Positions 36,655 to 48,216 of a DNA stretch of 64,000 nt are shown one piece after another (within the stretch, counting starts at the first letter, position 1; each line of letters opens with the position of its first letter). The position numbers and the translations under genes are program-made. The notes under the pieces were generated by a model. The model had not been told where the DNA came from, ran no database searches, and saw only the letters and a program-made list of their open reading frames with translations. Source of the stretch: Selaginella moellendorffii. Lineage: Eukaryota; Plantae; Lycopodiophyta. Location of the stretch: NCBI RefSeq assembly GCF_000143415.4, contig NW_003314409.1:124001-188000 (forward strand). The letters are read 5' to 3'.

Positions 36655-37399
36655 TCTTCCCCTTGCGCTACTCTAGATCTCCCCGCCGCCGCGCAGAATC
36701 TACCTGGGGGGAATCTCGCGGACCCAAGCGAGGCGGCGAGCGGCGAGCGGCGAGCGGCGCTGTGGTGTAGATCCGACCAGCGGCGCGCTGGATCCAGCCA
36801 AGCCCGGCGCCTCCGCAGCGATTCCCACAAACCCTCCCAGCGCGAGGAGGACGAGCCAAGGGCGGCGGCGAGCGAGGTGAAAGAAAGGAAGGAGTGAGCG
36901 AAGAAGAACAAGGACACGAGACCCTATGACACTGTCCACATTGGCGAAGAAAATGTGATTCGATTTTACATGGAAAGCCGCCCACGCTGCCCGGGCTGCC
37001 CGAACACCCGACGTGGCCTGCCCGGCCCCGCCAGCTGTTCGTTTGGTACGCCACGTCCTCCGCGGTTTCGTGTGACGTGGTGGCGCCGGGCCACGTGTAT
37101 TCGTACGGGCACCTTTATTTTTTCCCGCGTACGGAGGGGAATGTTTCGTGCTTGACGTTAGGTTAGGTTTGGTGGGGGGCAAAAAATATAGGAGTAAATT
37201 TAGGGTAGGAGGAAGACGACAGGGGCTTGGCGGCATCGCGGCGTGGATCGGCCATGGATCGCCAGCAGCGATCGTGAGGAGACGGATGTGTCGTCTTCGC
37301 TGGTACTCGGATCTCTTGTTTTGTGTGGATTTAGGGCTTTGATTTGGCGGCATTGCGCCCCCGAGCGAGGGGTTTTGATCCCGTCCGTGACCAGCGGCC

Positions 37400-38535
<1,136 letters not shown>

Positions 38536-38671
38536 TTTGATCTTTGCAACGCGAGGAAAGAAAAAAAAAACAAAGCAAACACAAGTAAGAAGGAAAAAAG
38601 AAAGTAAGAAAGGAGCCAAGAAATCTACAACTTGCCGTGTGATTTTGTGCTAAAACTTCGTACCGATTGAC

Positions 38672-39112
38672 TCAAGAGTCGTGTTTGGAGGCCTTCTCGA
38701 AGCACAGTTCCAAGTACTCGAGCCTGGTTACAAGCGTTCGTCGTTCGGCCATGACTCTACTCAGCAATCTCTCGCTGCGCCAGTACTCTTGCTCTAGATC
38801 TTCCAGTTTTCTCTCCAGATCGATGCTGTCGTCGTCCAGATCTTGGACGGATTTTTGCAACCAGTGTACATGGTTTTCCAGCTGCAACCAAGACGACTGT
38901 GTCAGATCTCTTTTTAAATGTGGCCAACTTACGGCTTTCTCGGTGCCAAGTGGAGTGATCATCCTGAAAATGAGTGCTGACAAGAACTTGGAGTAGTGGA
39001 AAAACACGGCCGCGTAGAATAAAAGCGTCCGGCAACACGGGAGCACCAACGAGCAGTAGCCAAAGAGAAGGATTTGGAGCTCCCACTCGATCAGCGCTCC
39101 AAAGCAGTCCAT
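38672..39112 (-). CDS. Hypothetical 146-aa protein (hydrophobic N-terminus, coiled-coil-like C-terminus)
   Basis: ATG-initiated ORF filling the gap between RabE and STR11; heptad-like LERKLEDLEQEY; family not recognised. Confidence 0.45.
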   Translation of the reverse strand: MDCFGALIEWELQILLFGYCSLVLPCCRTLLFYAAVFFHYSKFLSALIFRMITPLGTEKAVSWPHLKRDLTQSSWLQLENHVHWLQKSVQDLDDDSIDLERKLEDLEQEYWRSERLLSRVMAERRTLVTRLEYLELCFEKASKHDS

Positions 39113-39278
39113 TTTTGTTGATCTTTCCTCCAAGAACTCTCTTGAATTTCTCGCGGGGTTTTTTGCCACTTGTCCAGCGAATTGTCTGCCACGTCACGAT
39201 AAAAAGAATTGCTACGTCTGCAAGCAACCCAACCACATTATCTAGAAGAATCGCCACGTCAGATTTACCGCCAAAGAT

Positions 39279-40313
39279 ATGGCTATGGCCGCCAAGACGC
39301 ACTCGCAGTGGACGCTCTCTAGCAGCTGCTCGTCCTCGAGAGGCTACACGAGGTAAAGTTTGCGAATTTTCAGTGCTGCTCGCATTGATCTGGAACAGGA
39401 TTTTAGAGCTAGGAGCGTGAAATGGAGGAGGAGCCCGAATTACCTCGCGAGAGCTGCTACAAGCACTGCCATTGTGGCCGCTGGAATCAAGTATGTTGAT
39501 GGAGAGGAGGCCAAGAAGCTCGTCACGGAGGAAGGCTACAGTGTGGTCGATGTCCGCGATAAGTCTCAGTTTGATCGAGCGCATATCAAGCCATCCACGC
39601 ACGTCCCACTGTTTACAGTGAACACCGATGGAGATATCAGTAAGAACTCTTGCTTTCTTTTCCGAGTTTTTCTCTGTTACCTCGGCTTAAGTTGACGCTC
39701 TTTCCATTCTTCCAGGTACCTCGATCAGGCGAGTGATGCACAATGGATTCGCCGGGCTTTTTTACGGAATAGCGTTCACAAAACCAAACTCCAACTTCGT
39801 CGCTGATGTTGAGCGGAGTTTTTCTAAAGACAGCAAGCTGTTACTCGTCTGCCAGGAAGGCTTAAGGTGAGAGTGAGAGATACACTAAGTTACCTTGGAG
39901 GCGAGCGTTTCTTTGTCTTGAACATTTGATTCTTTCAGGTCTGGACAAGCAGCCGAGAAGTTGGAAGAAGCTGGATTCCGAAACTTGGCATTTATTGACA
40001 ATGGGCTGCAAAAAGTTAAGCCAGGTAAGCAAAACAAAAAAAATAAGGGTAGAAAGATTCTTAAGTTGTACCCCTGAAGCAGATCTTTTCGCAACAGAGG
40101 GTCCCAAGCAGCTCCAGGACGCAGGAAAAGCGGGCCTGGTCACCATCCAAGGCCAATTCTCCGTGGTCCTTGGGGCCATTTTAGTTTGTAAGATGTTCTT
40201 CCTGAATCGTCAGAACCGAAGAAAAACGAATCTAACTATGAAACTTTCCAGCCGCGTACCTCTTCTTGACATTGTTTCCAACGCAAGCGGAGGAGCTCTT
40301 CTTCAAGAAGTGA
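39279..40313 (+). CDS. Rhodanese-like domain protein (STR11-like, probably plastid)
   Basis: YSVVDVRDKSQFDRAHI, LLLVCQEGLRS, QDAGKAGL, C-terminal TM; Ser-rich N-terminus. Confidence 0.88.
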
Positions 40314-40339
40314 TTGAGTCGCTGGAATTTTGTATCTGT

Positions 40340-41819
40340 TTATTTCGATCTCAAGATATATGATACACTTTCTAAAGGATATTTCTTCATTGTCCTTGGC
40401 CATAATTCACGCTTCCTCTCATCGTAGCGCTGGAACCGCTGCCTCGCATACTCGAGGAAATCAAAGTCAATGTCTGAGATAGCTGCCTGTAGAAAAGAAA
40501 AGATATTTTTCCAGAGTGAGATTCAAACCTTAAGCAAACTGACACAGACGCACGACATGTCACAGAAAAAGTTGACAATACGTACCGAAATTATTCCCCA
40601 GAGGCCCCAGTGCAAGTGGCTCGCAAGTTCATACAGATCAACTCGGAGCAGTAGCGTGTCCACATCTCCTCGACTCGCTTTTGATCCAGAGGAATCCAGG
40701 TACGCTTCTATGAATCTTCGCCGCTCATCTTCATCTGCCGAATGAGAGCAACAGTGTAAGCTCTCGCAATTAAAATGCTCTCTCTCGTTTTCTCGACGTG
40801 AAAAGGCGAAAAGTACTTGCCTGGGTACTTGGCATAGTCCAGGCGGTGGGGAGATTCCGTGTGATAATCGGCAGCCATCTCGCAGAAGTGATTCGCAATG
40901 TCAAACGCCACGGGATTGTAGCTGGCGTACTCGTAGTCCTGTTAAGCACCAACGTTAATTAGATTGAGAAAACTAAGGAAGAGAAAGAAGATCCACCAAG
41001 CAAAAAGGCCTTGAAAGAAACGCACTATAATGGTCAGAGCGTCGGTGGCATCGTTGTGCATGATATTCCCGTATTGTAAATCGTTGTGGCAAAACCCAAT
41101 CACATCGCCAGGCTCCGGGATGGTGCTCTCGGCCTCGCGAATCTCCGACTCCAATCTCTTCATGTGGAATTCTTGCATCGATTGAGGCGAGCATAGCTTC
41201 TCCGCCTTTTGGAGCCAGTCCCTGCGATCGAAATTCTCAGTGTAGAGATCGTTTGTAAGGCTATAGCTGTGTACCTCAAGCGCTCCCACAGCTTAGGCTC
41301 GTGCGATTCCGGCAAATCCAGGCGATGGAATTCCCACATCTTGGCCGCAATCCGTGCGGAGATTCCAGGATCGCGAAGATCGGCAGCCGTGAGCGTCTGC
41401 AAGAAATTCCAATCCGTCATCGCGGTTCCAAGAACGCCAAGGGAAAAGGAGACACAAACCCTGGCATGGATGAATTCCTCCACTCGGCCATTGGGGAATC
41501 GGCCAAGAAGACGCGGCCCCTGGCCCTTGCGCGACACGAATTCGAAAATCCGGACCTCGTCCTCCCGCTTGAACAGGATGTCGACGCTGTCGCCGTAAAT
41601 CCTCACCAGCGCCTTGCGCTGCTGCTCGCCGACCCTGCCGCTCCCCCCCGGCCACTGGCACTCGTAGATGTGATTCGTCATAGCTCCCTTGAGCGGCCTC
41701 CATGTCACGTCCAGAGCATCCAAGACATCCGGCCACTTCCCGGCGAGCTTGTGGAGAAGGGGGAAAACTTCGCTGGGGATGATCCCGCTTGAAACTTCGC
41801 TATCGTCGAGTGATCCCAT
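40340..41819 (-). CDS. Choline/ethanolamine kinase (multi-exon)
   Basis: [53 protein letters not shown]. Confidence 0.94.
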
Positions 41820-41949
41820 CGCCTCGCCAAATCCAAATGAACAAACGAAACCTAAAACGAGGGATACATAAGCGCGAAAAGCGGAGCGCCACGTCATCGA
41901 CGAACACGTATACTTTTCTTTACTTTTACCCCATACGTAAATGTAGATA

Positions 41950-42270
41950 TTTGAATTTTGGGCGGGAAAGACAAGCTAGGGTTCTATGGCATTTCTCGGC
42001 CCTAAAGTGGTAGCGATTCTCGATCGATCGAGCGGTTTTGTCGAGTTTCTAGGTTTTGCGAGCTTGATTTTGAGTCGTGTCTAGCGAATCGGATGGATGC
42101 TCTACATAGGTACCGAGCTTCAATACGATAGGACTCGGAATCGCGTCACGGGGACTTCTGAAGAAAAGTCTGTGAGAAATGGTCCATTGTGGCGGCGGTC
42201 TATCCCTTATCTCCGCTTTGTACTTTTGGGATCACCATTTCAAAGCGTGCTTGGAAAAAAGAACCAAAGG
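41950..42270 (+). pseudogene. Decayed partial duplicate of the SNM1 promoter and first exon
   Basis: ATTTGAA..TTGGGCGGGAAA..AGCTAGGG and GAATC(C)GGATGGATGCTC match 42941-43049; AAVYPLSPLCTFGIT resembles SNM1 AAVFCPICSSEIT. Confidence 0.55.
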
Positions 42271-42940
42271 TAAACATAATTGTCAATAGCTTCTCTCTCG
42301 CCCATTGTGCCAAACGTGTTCTTCTCCAGTTTGCGGTTCTCCTCGGTCAAGAATCTCGTGTCCAATCATCGAGGTAGGAAACTTTCCTTTGGCTCACAGT
42401 AGAGAAGAATTGTATGGCAGGACTTTAGTGAGTGGCCGCATTACCAGGATCTAGAAGATAACATAAACATGATACAGGAGCGAATGGTACACAGGCTTTC
42501 CTATTTTTCTATCAGGAAATCCGAAGAAATCCGTGACCAGGTCTGTTTAATCCGTTTTTACCTGCTGCTATCGTTTTCTTTTTCGTCTTGCAGGACGCAC
42601 GGATTTTTTTTTTTTTTGGGAACAGTAGATTTGCAATCCAATATCTTAGATTGCTGTGAAAACCACTGAGAACAGTGCATACCAACTGTAACTCGTGCTC
42701 TTGGTACGTTTCTTCCGTGTTCTTAGCGACATTGGTATTGACCTTCCATTAAATCTAGGAAAGGAGCTGTCGCAAAGAGGATCTAGACGGCCTTGTACGC
42801 TCGACTCGTCCACCACACACGTAAGATTCGATTGTTTCATTTAGTTTGTATCGATTCTTGTGTTTTCATGGCAGGGAACGCTTTTCTTCGATCACAAAAG
42901 AATGTTCTTCAAATACAATAGAACTTACTTAAAACATGGC

Positions 42941-42961
42941 ATTTGAAACTTGGGCGGGAAA
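42941..42961 (+). promoter_or_regulatory. E2F-type site GGCGGGAAA next to a TTTGAA (CHR-like) element, ~80 nt upstream of the SNM1 ATG
   Basis: Reverse complement TTTCCCGC matches the E2F consensus; the arrangement is kept in the duplicate at 41950-41969. Confidence 0.55.
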
Positions 42962-43039
42962 TTACTAGCTAGGGTGTTTTGGAGAGCGTCTAGGGCGGCA
43001 CGAGTAAGCTAGGGCTCGCGAGTCGCGACTAGAATCCGG

Positions 43040-45464
43040 ATGGATGCTCCACTGGGCCTCTCTGATGATGCTGCCGGGACAGACGATTGGGATGATGACG
43101 ACATGGTGAGCTTGATGATGACTCAGGTGAATTCGCCGCTACAAGCGGCCTCGTCGGTGCTCCAAAACATCAGCAATTCGGGGAAAATCCATGAGAATGG
43201 TCTAAATGCGGCCGTCTTTTGTCCGATTTGCAGTTCCGAGATCACTAGCATGTCGATCCAGCAACGCGAAAACCATTCTAATTTGTGTTTGGATCAGAAA
43301 TCACAAGTAAGTCTCTCTCAATGTCTTTCCTTTTTTGTCTTGTATTCCTCAATCATGTTTGTGATTTTTTTGTTCTCAGCATTGCCAGAACGATGTGCCA
43401 TCTGCGGTGGAGTGTTTGGAACAAAAATCACAAGTAGGTTTCGTCTTTCCTTTCTTTTCTTGTATTCCTCAAACACGTTTGTCACTTTTTGTTCTCAGCA
43501 TTGCCAGAACGATGTGCCATCTGCAGTGGAAGAAGATCAGGTACAGAGATGAATTTGTCTTTCGTTTCTAACTTCTATTTTTTCGTGCTACCAGAATTTG
43601 CCAGTTGATGTTGCTCCGGTGGTCAGGTTTCTGGAGAAGCTTAACTTGTCCAAATACGTATCGTTGTTTATCAAGGAAGAGATCGACTGGGACACCTTGC
43701 ATTGGCTTACAGAGGAAGTAAGACGAGTTTTCTAGATTCTGTTACGTCACTGAATTGGCTGCATTCTCAGGATCTCCGTAGCTTGGGAATCGATGCTTTT
43801 GGACCACGGAAGAAGATTGTTTCCGCTTTAAGGGAGATGAAAACACCTTTCTCCACTGAAGTTCCAGTTCCGGAGAATGACACGCACAAAAAAAACGATA
43901 ACGAAGAAGACGAAGCTCTGCTGCCGCAGTCGGGCAAAAAGTATATCACAGATTTTTTCGGAGCTACTGGAGGAACAGGAGGCACAAAACCCGCTTCTGG
44001 AAGAAAGAGAAACGGTGATGCGTCACTCAGTAAAACTCGGAAGAAACCTTCCAATTTATTCAAAGCTGCCGAAGCACGGCAGTGGATGAAAATTCCAGGC
44101 ACAACGTTCAGAGTGGTCCGTCTGATCTGTTTTCTATTGTTATCTCACGACTGAGTTTGCAGGATGCGTTCAAGCACACGACTACCGAATGTTCCCATTG
44201 GTTTCTCACTCATTTTCACAGCGATCGTAAGTACTCATTCTGTTACTCGACTTATCTTGCTTGGCTGTTTTGTTTCAGACTATCAAGGGCTTACTAAAAG
44301 CTTTCGGTTCGGAAAAATCTACTGCTCCATGATAACTGCGCGCCTTGTGAACTTGCGAATAGGAATTACGTGGGATCGCTTACATCCTTTAAACTTAAAC
44401 GAAAGAACAAAGATCGACGGAGTATGGGTGACACTCTTGGATGCAAACCACTGTCCAGGTGCGGCCATGATCCTTTTCGAAACACACGATGGTAAGGTGT
44501 GGCAGCTAGTTTTCGCGAAAAGTTTCAATGAGAACTTGACATTGTTTGATGCAGTTTGTCTTGCACACGGGAGACTTTCGGTTTTGCGATGACATGGCAA
44601 GAATCATGGATATCTTACCATGTAGATTGTCTGCATTGGTTTTGGATACAACGTACTGCGATCCTCAGGTATTCGAAGGAGTTTTAAGTTCCACGGCTCA
44701 TACGTGTTGCATGTAGTACGACTTTCCAAAGCAAGAAACCGTCATTCAGTTCGTTATTGATGCCATTCAAGCCGAATCGTTCAACCCGAGTACTTTGTTT
44801 CTAATCGGAACTTACAGTCTGGGTAAGTTTCTCTTTTTTTTGCACAATTTTTAGAGACTGACCTTCAAGCTACCAGGAAAAGAGAGACTGTTCTTGGAAG
44901 TCGCTAGAGTTCTTCGGAAGAAAATATACGTCGGAGCTGTCAAGCGCAGAATGCTCGGCTGCCTGGATCTCAGCGACGAGGACATGGACTGGATAACCAC
45001 AAGCGAGTGCGAGAGCAGCATTCACGTCGTCCCGCTCTGGAGCATTGCGAGCTTCAAACGGATGGCATCCATCTCCCGGCATTACCACGTAAGCTCCAGC
45101 CGCTCCAACCTTAAGTCATCCCTTCGCGTTTTTGTGAACAGGGAAAATACACCACCATCGTCAGCTTCTCACCGACAGGGTGGAGCTTTTCCAAAGGGAA
45201 AAGAGGAACTGGGAATGGCAAGAGATGGCAGCAGGGAACTATAATCAGGTAGTGTGATCTCTTAAGTTGTCAAGGATCGCGAGCATTTCTTTGATCGCTC
45301 TCTCTTTGATCTTTGCTAGGTACGAGGTCCCTTACAGCGAGCACAGCAGCTTCACGGAATTAAAAACATTCGTGAAGCTTCTCTCGCCAGTGGAGATCAT
45401 TCCAAGCGTGAATAACTCCTCGATCCAAGCAGCCAAATCCATGGTAGCCTCGCTAAGGCCTTAG
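43040..45464 (+). CDS. SNM1: DNA cross-link repair nuclease, SNM1/PSO2 family (Zn finger + SAM + MBL/beta-CASP)
   Basis: CPIC..H..LCLD, SAM EEIDWDTL...GPRKKI, THFHSDHY, DANHCPGA, LHTGDFR, VPYSEHSS. Confidence 0.93.
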
Positions 45465-45583
45465 CCAAAGAATAGTAAAGGAAGAGCTATGGACGAAATT
45501 CGAGCTTGCGATTGATTTCTTTGTCGTGGATGAGATTTGAGCCCGCGATCGGTTGGTTTGTGTTGCCCTAAGAGGTAGGAGCG

Positions 45584-46130
45584 ATGGCGATGGCGCTGCG
45601 GCAGGCTCTTCTTCGCAAATCGCCTTTCAATTCAGTGCCCCGGCGCTCTGTCAAGTACAATGCCGTGGAACTCCCGACGAACAGCTACAATCGCTTCGCG
45701 CTGAAGAGCCAGGAAGAGGTGGAGCATGACCTCCGTAAGTATCTTCTATCTTTTTGGTCTTTTTCCCACTCTCAAGCGCTGGATTTCCATTTCCTAGATG
45801 AGATCAGCAAATGGAAGAAGATAACTCTCGGGATGATCATCGTGTGCCTTTGTGATGGGTTCTATGTCTACAACCATCCGGAAGTTCATGAGCCCAGAAA
45901 AGTACGTTCTAAGAGTTTTTCTTCTTTTCTTTCCCCTTCTTTTCTCTCCTTTTATGATTTTCTTTTCTTGCTATCCCTCGCAGGAGTATCCATACATGAA
46001 CGTTCGCCACAAGGATTTTCCATGGGGTGAGTATCTCAGCTTGGAACTAAGTATTGAGCTTTTGACTTTTTTATTTTCTTTTCCAGGCCCGGATCCTCTC
46101 TTGAAGACGCTGTTTGGCACGGAACATTGA
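45584..46130 (+). CDS. COX6A: Cytochrome c oxidase subunit 6A
   Basis: KWKKIT, single TM, YPYMNVRHKDFPWGPD. Confidence 0.88.
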
Positions 46131-46524
46131 ATGGAGCTGGCTAGGAAATAATCCTCCGGATGCTAGCAGAATCAATAATTCTCACGCTTGGTTCTTGCTA
46201 GAGGTCCGTTGATCCATGTTCTTGTCGATAAACACGTTCTGTGCAACCTCTTTTTTACTTCAGAATCCAGACCAAAGTTTTTGGAAACGTCTTGAAAGAA
46301 ACTAATGCTTTCCAGTTGTATTTTTTTCCTAGGTGAACATCTTTGACAAAACAGCGTGCTATTGACTTAACAGCTCTCGATCATCCATCATCCAGCCATG
46401 ATTGATCATCATCGACAGACCTCAGCAAAGAACTTCTAGAATTCAACAAAAGGAATTTATAGCAAGAGTACATTCGAAGGTTTGTAATAGAACCTCCATC
46501 GTTTTATGCTGCGCTGACTTCGTA

Positions 46525-48059
46525 TCATTGCAGGAATCCCAGCCTCTGCAAGACTAGCCTCGCCTGTTCTTGAGATAGAGCTGGAGAAACTCCACTATCA
46601 TCCACCGGGAGAGAGAAGAGGCTCGACTGGTACTTTGCGGGATGAGCTCCGCTGAGCAACTCAAGCGATGTCGTCAAGCCGAGGACTTTGCCGTGGAAGT
46701 GAGCCACCGAGTGTTCGTATGGAGCGACGATCTCCTTCCGGTGCCTGTAAAGCAGTGCTCGCACTGCAGCATCCTGGCCTGCTAGCGCTCCCACGACGCC
46801 GGCGACGAGCTGGAGCAGCAAAACCGAAACCAAGTCACACTGGTAACAAAGATCGATCCAGTCCAACTTACCGCTTTGGAGGATTTGGAGTGGAGCTCCG
46901 GCAGGATCCCGACTGAGAGCGATGTGGCCAGCGGTAGAACAGTGGAGCTCGCGACGAGAGCGCTCAGAGGTGTGGAGAAAGGATCAAAGGCCGGGCTCAG
47001 CACCTCACCGAATGCTGCATGCACGATCCTTTGGAAAGCCAGCTTGGTCGACGCAATCTCCGGGGCCTCGACGCCATCTCCCAGGTGTTTCTGGATCATC
47101 CTGCCAAGCGAAAGAGAGAAGAGTTTGCTCGATCAAAGCTAGTGTGATCTCCGACGATCAAACCTTGTTTGCAACGCGGACTGGATGCCAAACTCGGAGA
47201 TGATATCCATTGTTAAAGCCTCCTCGCCGGAGAAGTTTGCGCTCTTCTTGGAAGCGGCAGTCACGTACAAGCGCTGCAAATGGTTCATCACTGTGAAGAT
47301 TTGTGTCAAGGGAAGTTTTGGATGATGGGCTTTCCCACAGCAGGGAGAGCAGTGGGATGGCGGTGGTGGTGTTTGGCGATGGGAGGGACAGGATGGAGGA
47401 GATGGGCAAGTGTGACGTGGGGGCGATGGCGGCGGGCACGGTGGTCGTGGTGGCGGAGTATTGGGTGGCGGACACGGAGGTGGAGGTGGTGTCTTGGAAG
47501 GTGGCCGAGTTCTGGGTGGTGGCGTTGGACACGGAGGTGGAGGTGGAGGTGGCGGACACGGAGGGGGTGGTGGCGGTGGCGGCGGTGGCGGCGGCGGCGG
47601 AGTTGGACACGGAGGTGGTGGCGGTGGCGGCGGTGGCGGCGGTGGCGGAGTTGGAGGTGGACACGGAGGTGGTGGCGGAGGCGGCGGAGGTGGCGGCGGA
47701 GGCGGAGTTCGAGTAGGAGGTGGCGGACACGGAGGCGGTGGCGGCGGTGGCGGAGTTGGAGGTGGTGGACACGGAGGTGGAGGTGGCGGCGATGGCGGGG
47801 GCGGAGTTGGCGGGGGCGGAGTTGGCGGGGGTGGAGTTGGAGGTGGGGGTGATGGCGGGGCCGGAGTTGGCGGGGGTGGAGTTGGAGGTGGGGGTGATGG
47901 CGGGGTCGGAGTAGGAGGTGGCGGTGATGGCGGGGGTGGAGTTGGCGGAGGCGGATGCGGTGGCGGAGGTGGTGGCGGACTTCTGGGAGGAAGTGGTGAT
48001 TGTTGACCGCCAGCCACGCTAGCGGTCAATACAAACACCAGAAAGGCCAACCACACCAT
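46525..48059 (-). CDS. Secreted proline-rich (extensin-like) protein fused to a degenerate PCC13-62-type ferritin-like domain (introns 47101-47163 and 46810-46871)
   Basis: Signal peptide, (S/T/C)P4-10 repeats; the spliced C-terminus DIISEFG..AFGEVLSPAFDPF..LVAGVVG..GQDAAVRALLY..VAPY matches recalled PCC13-62 motifs. Confidence 0.75.
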
Positions 48060-48216
48060 GGTTATTGGTTGATGAAGGACCTAAACCAACAAGACACTTA
48101 TATATACAAAGCAACCATGCAAAGTTCCTCACATTAATTTTGTGTCTCCCATTGTGCATGCTATGTCTGATACTTACAAAGAATGAAAAGGTAAGATGGA
48201 AAGGTAAAAAAGAAAA

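Noticed and set aside
35911-36897. 328-aa + strand ORF
   Set aside because: Antisense shadow of the GC-rich SAP gene.
47461-48006. Glycine-rich protein ORF on the + strand
   Set aside because: Antisense of the polyproline CDS, non-ATG start; the - strand has the signal peptide and TATA box.
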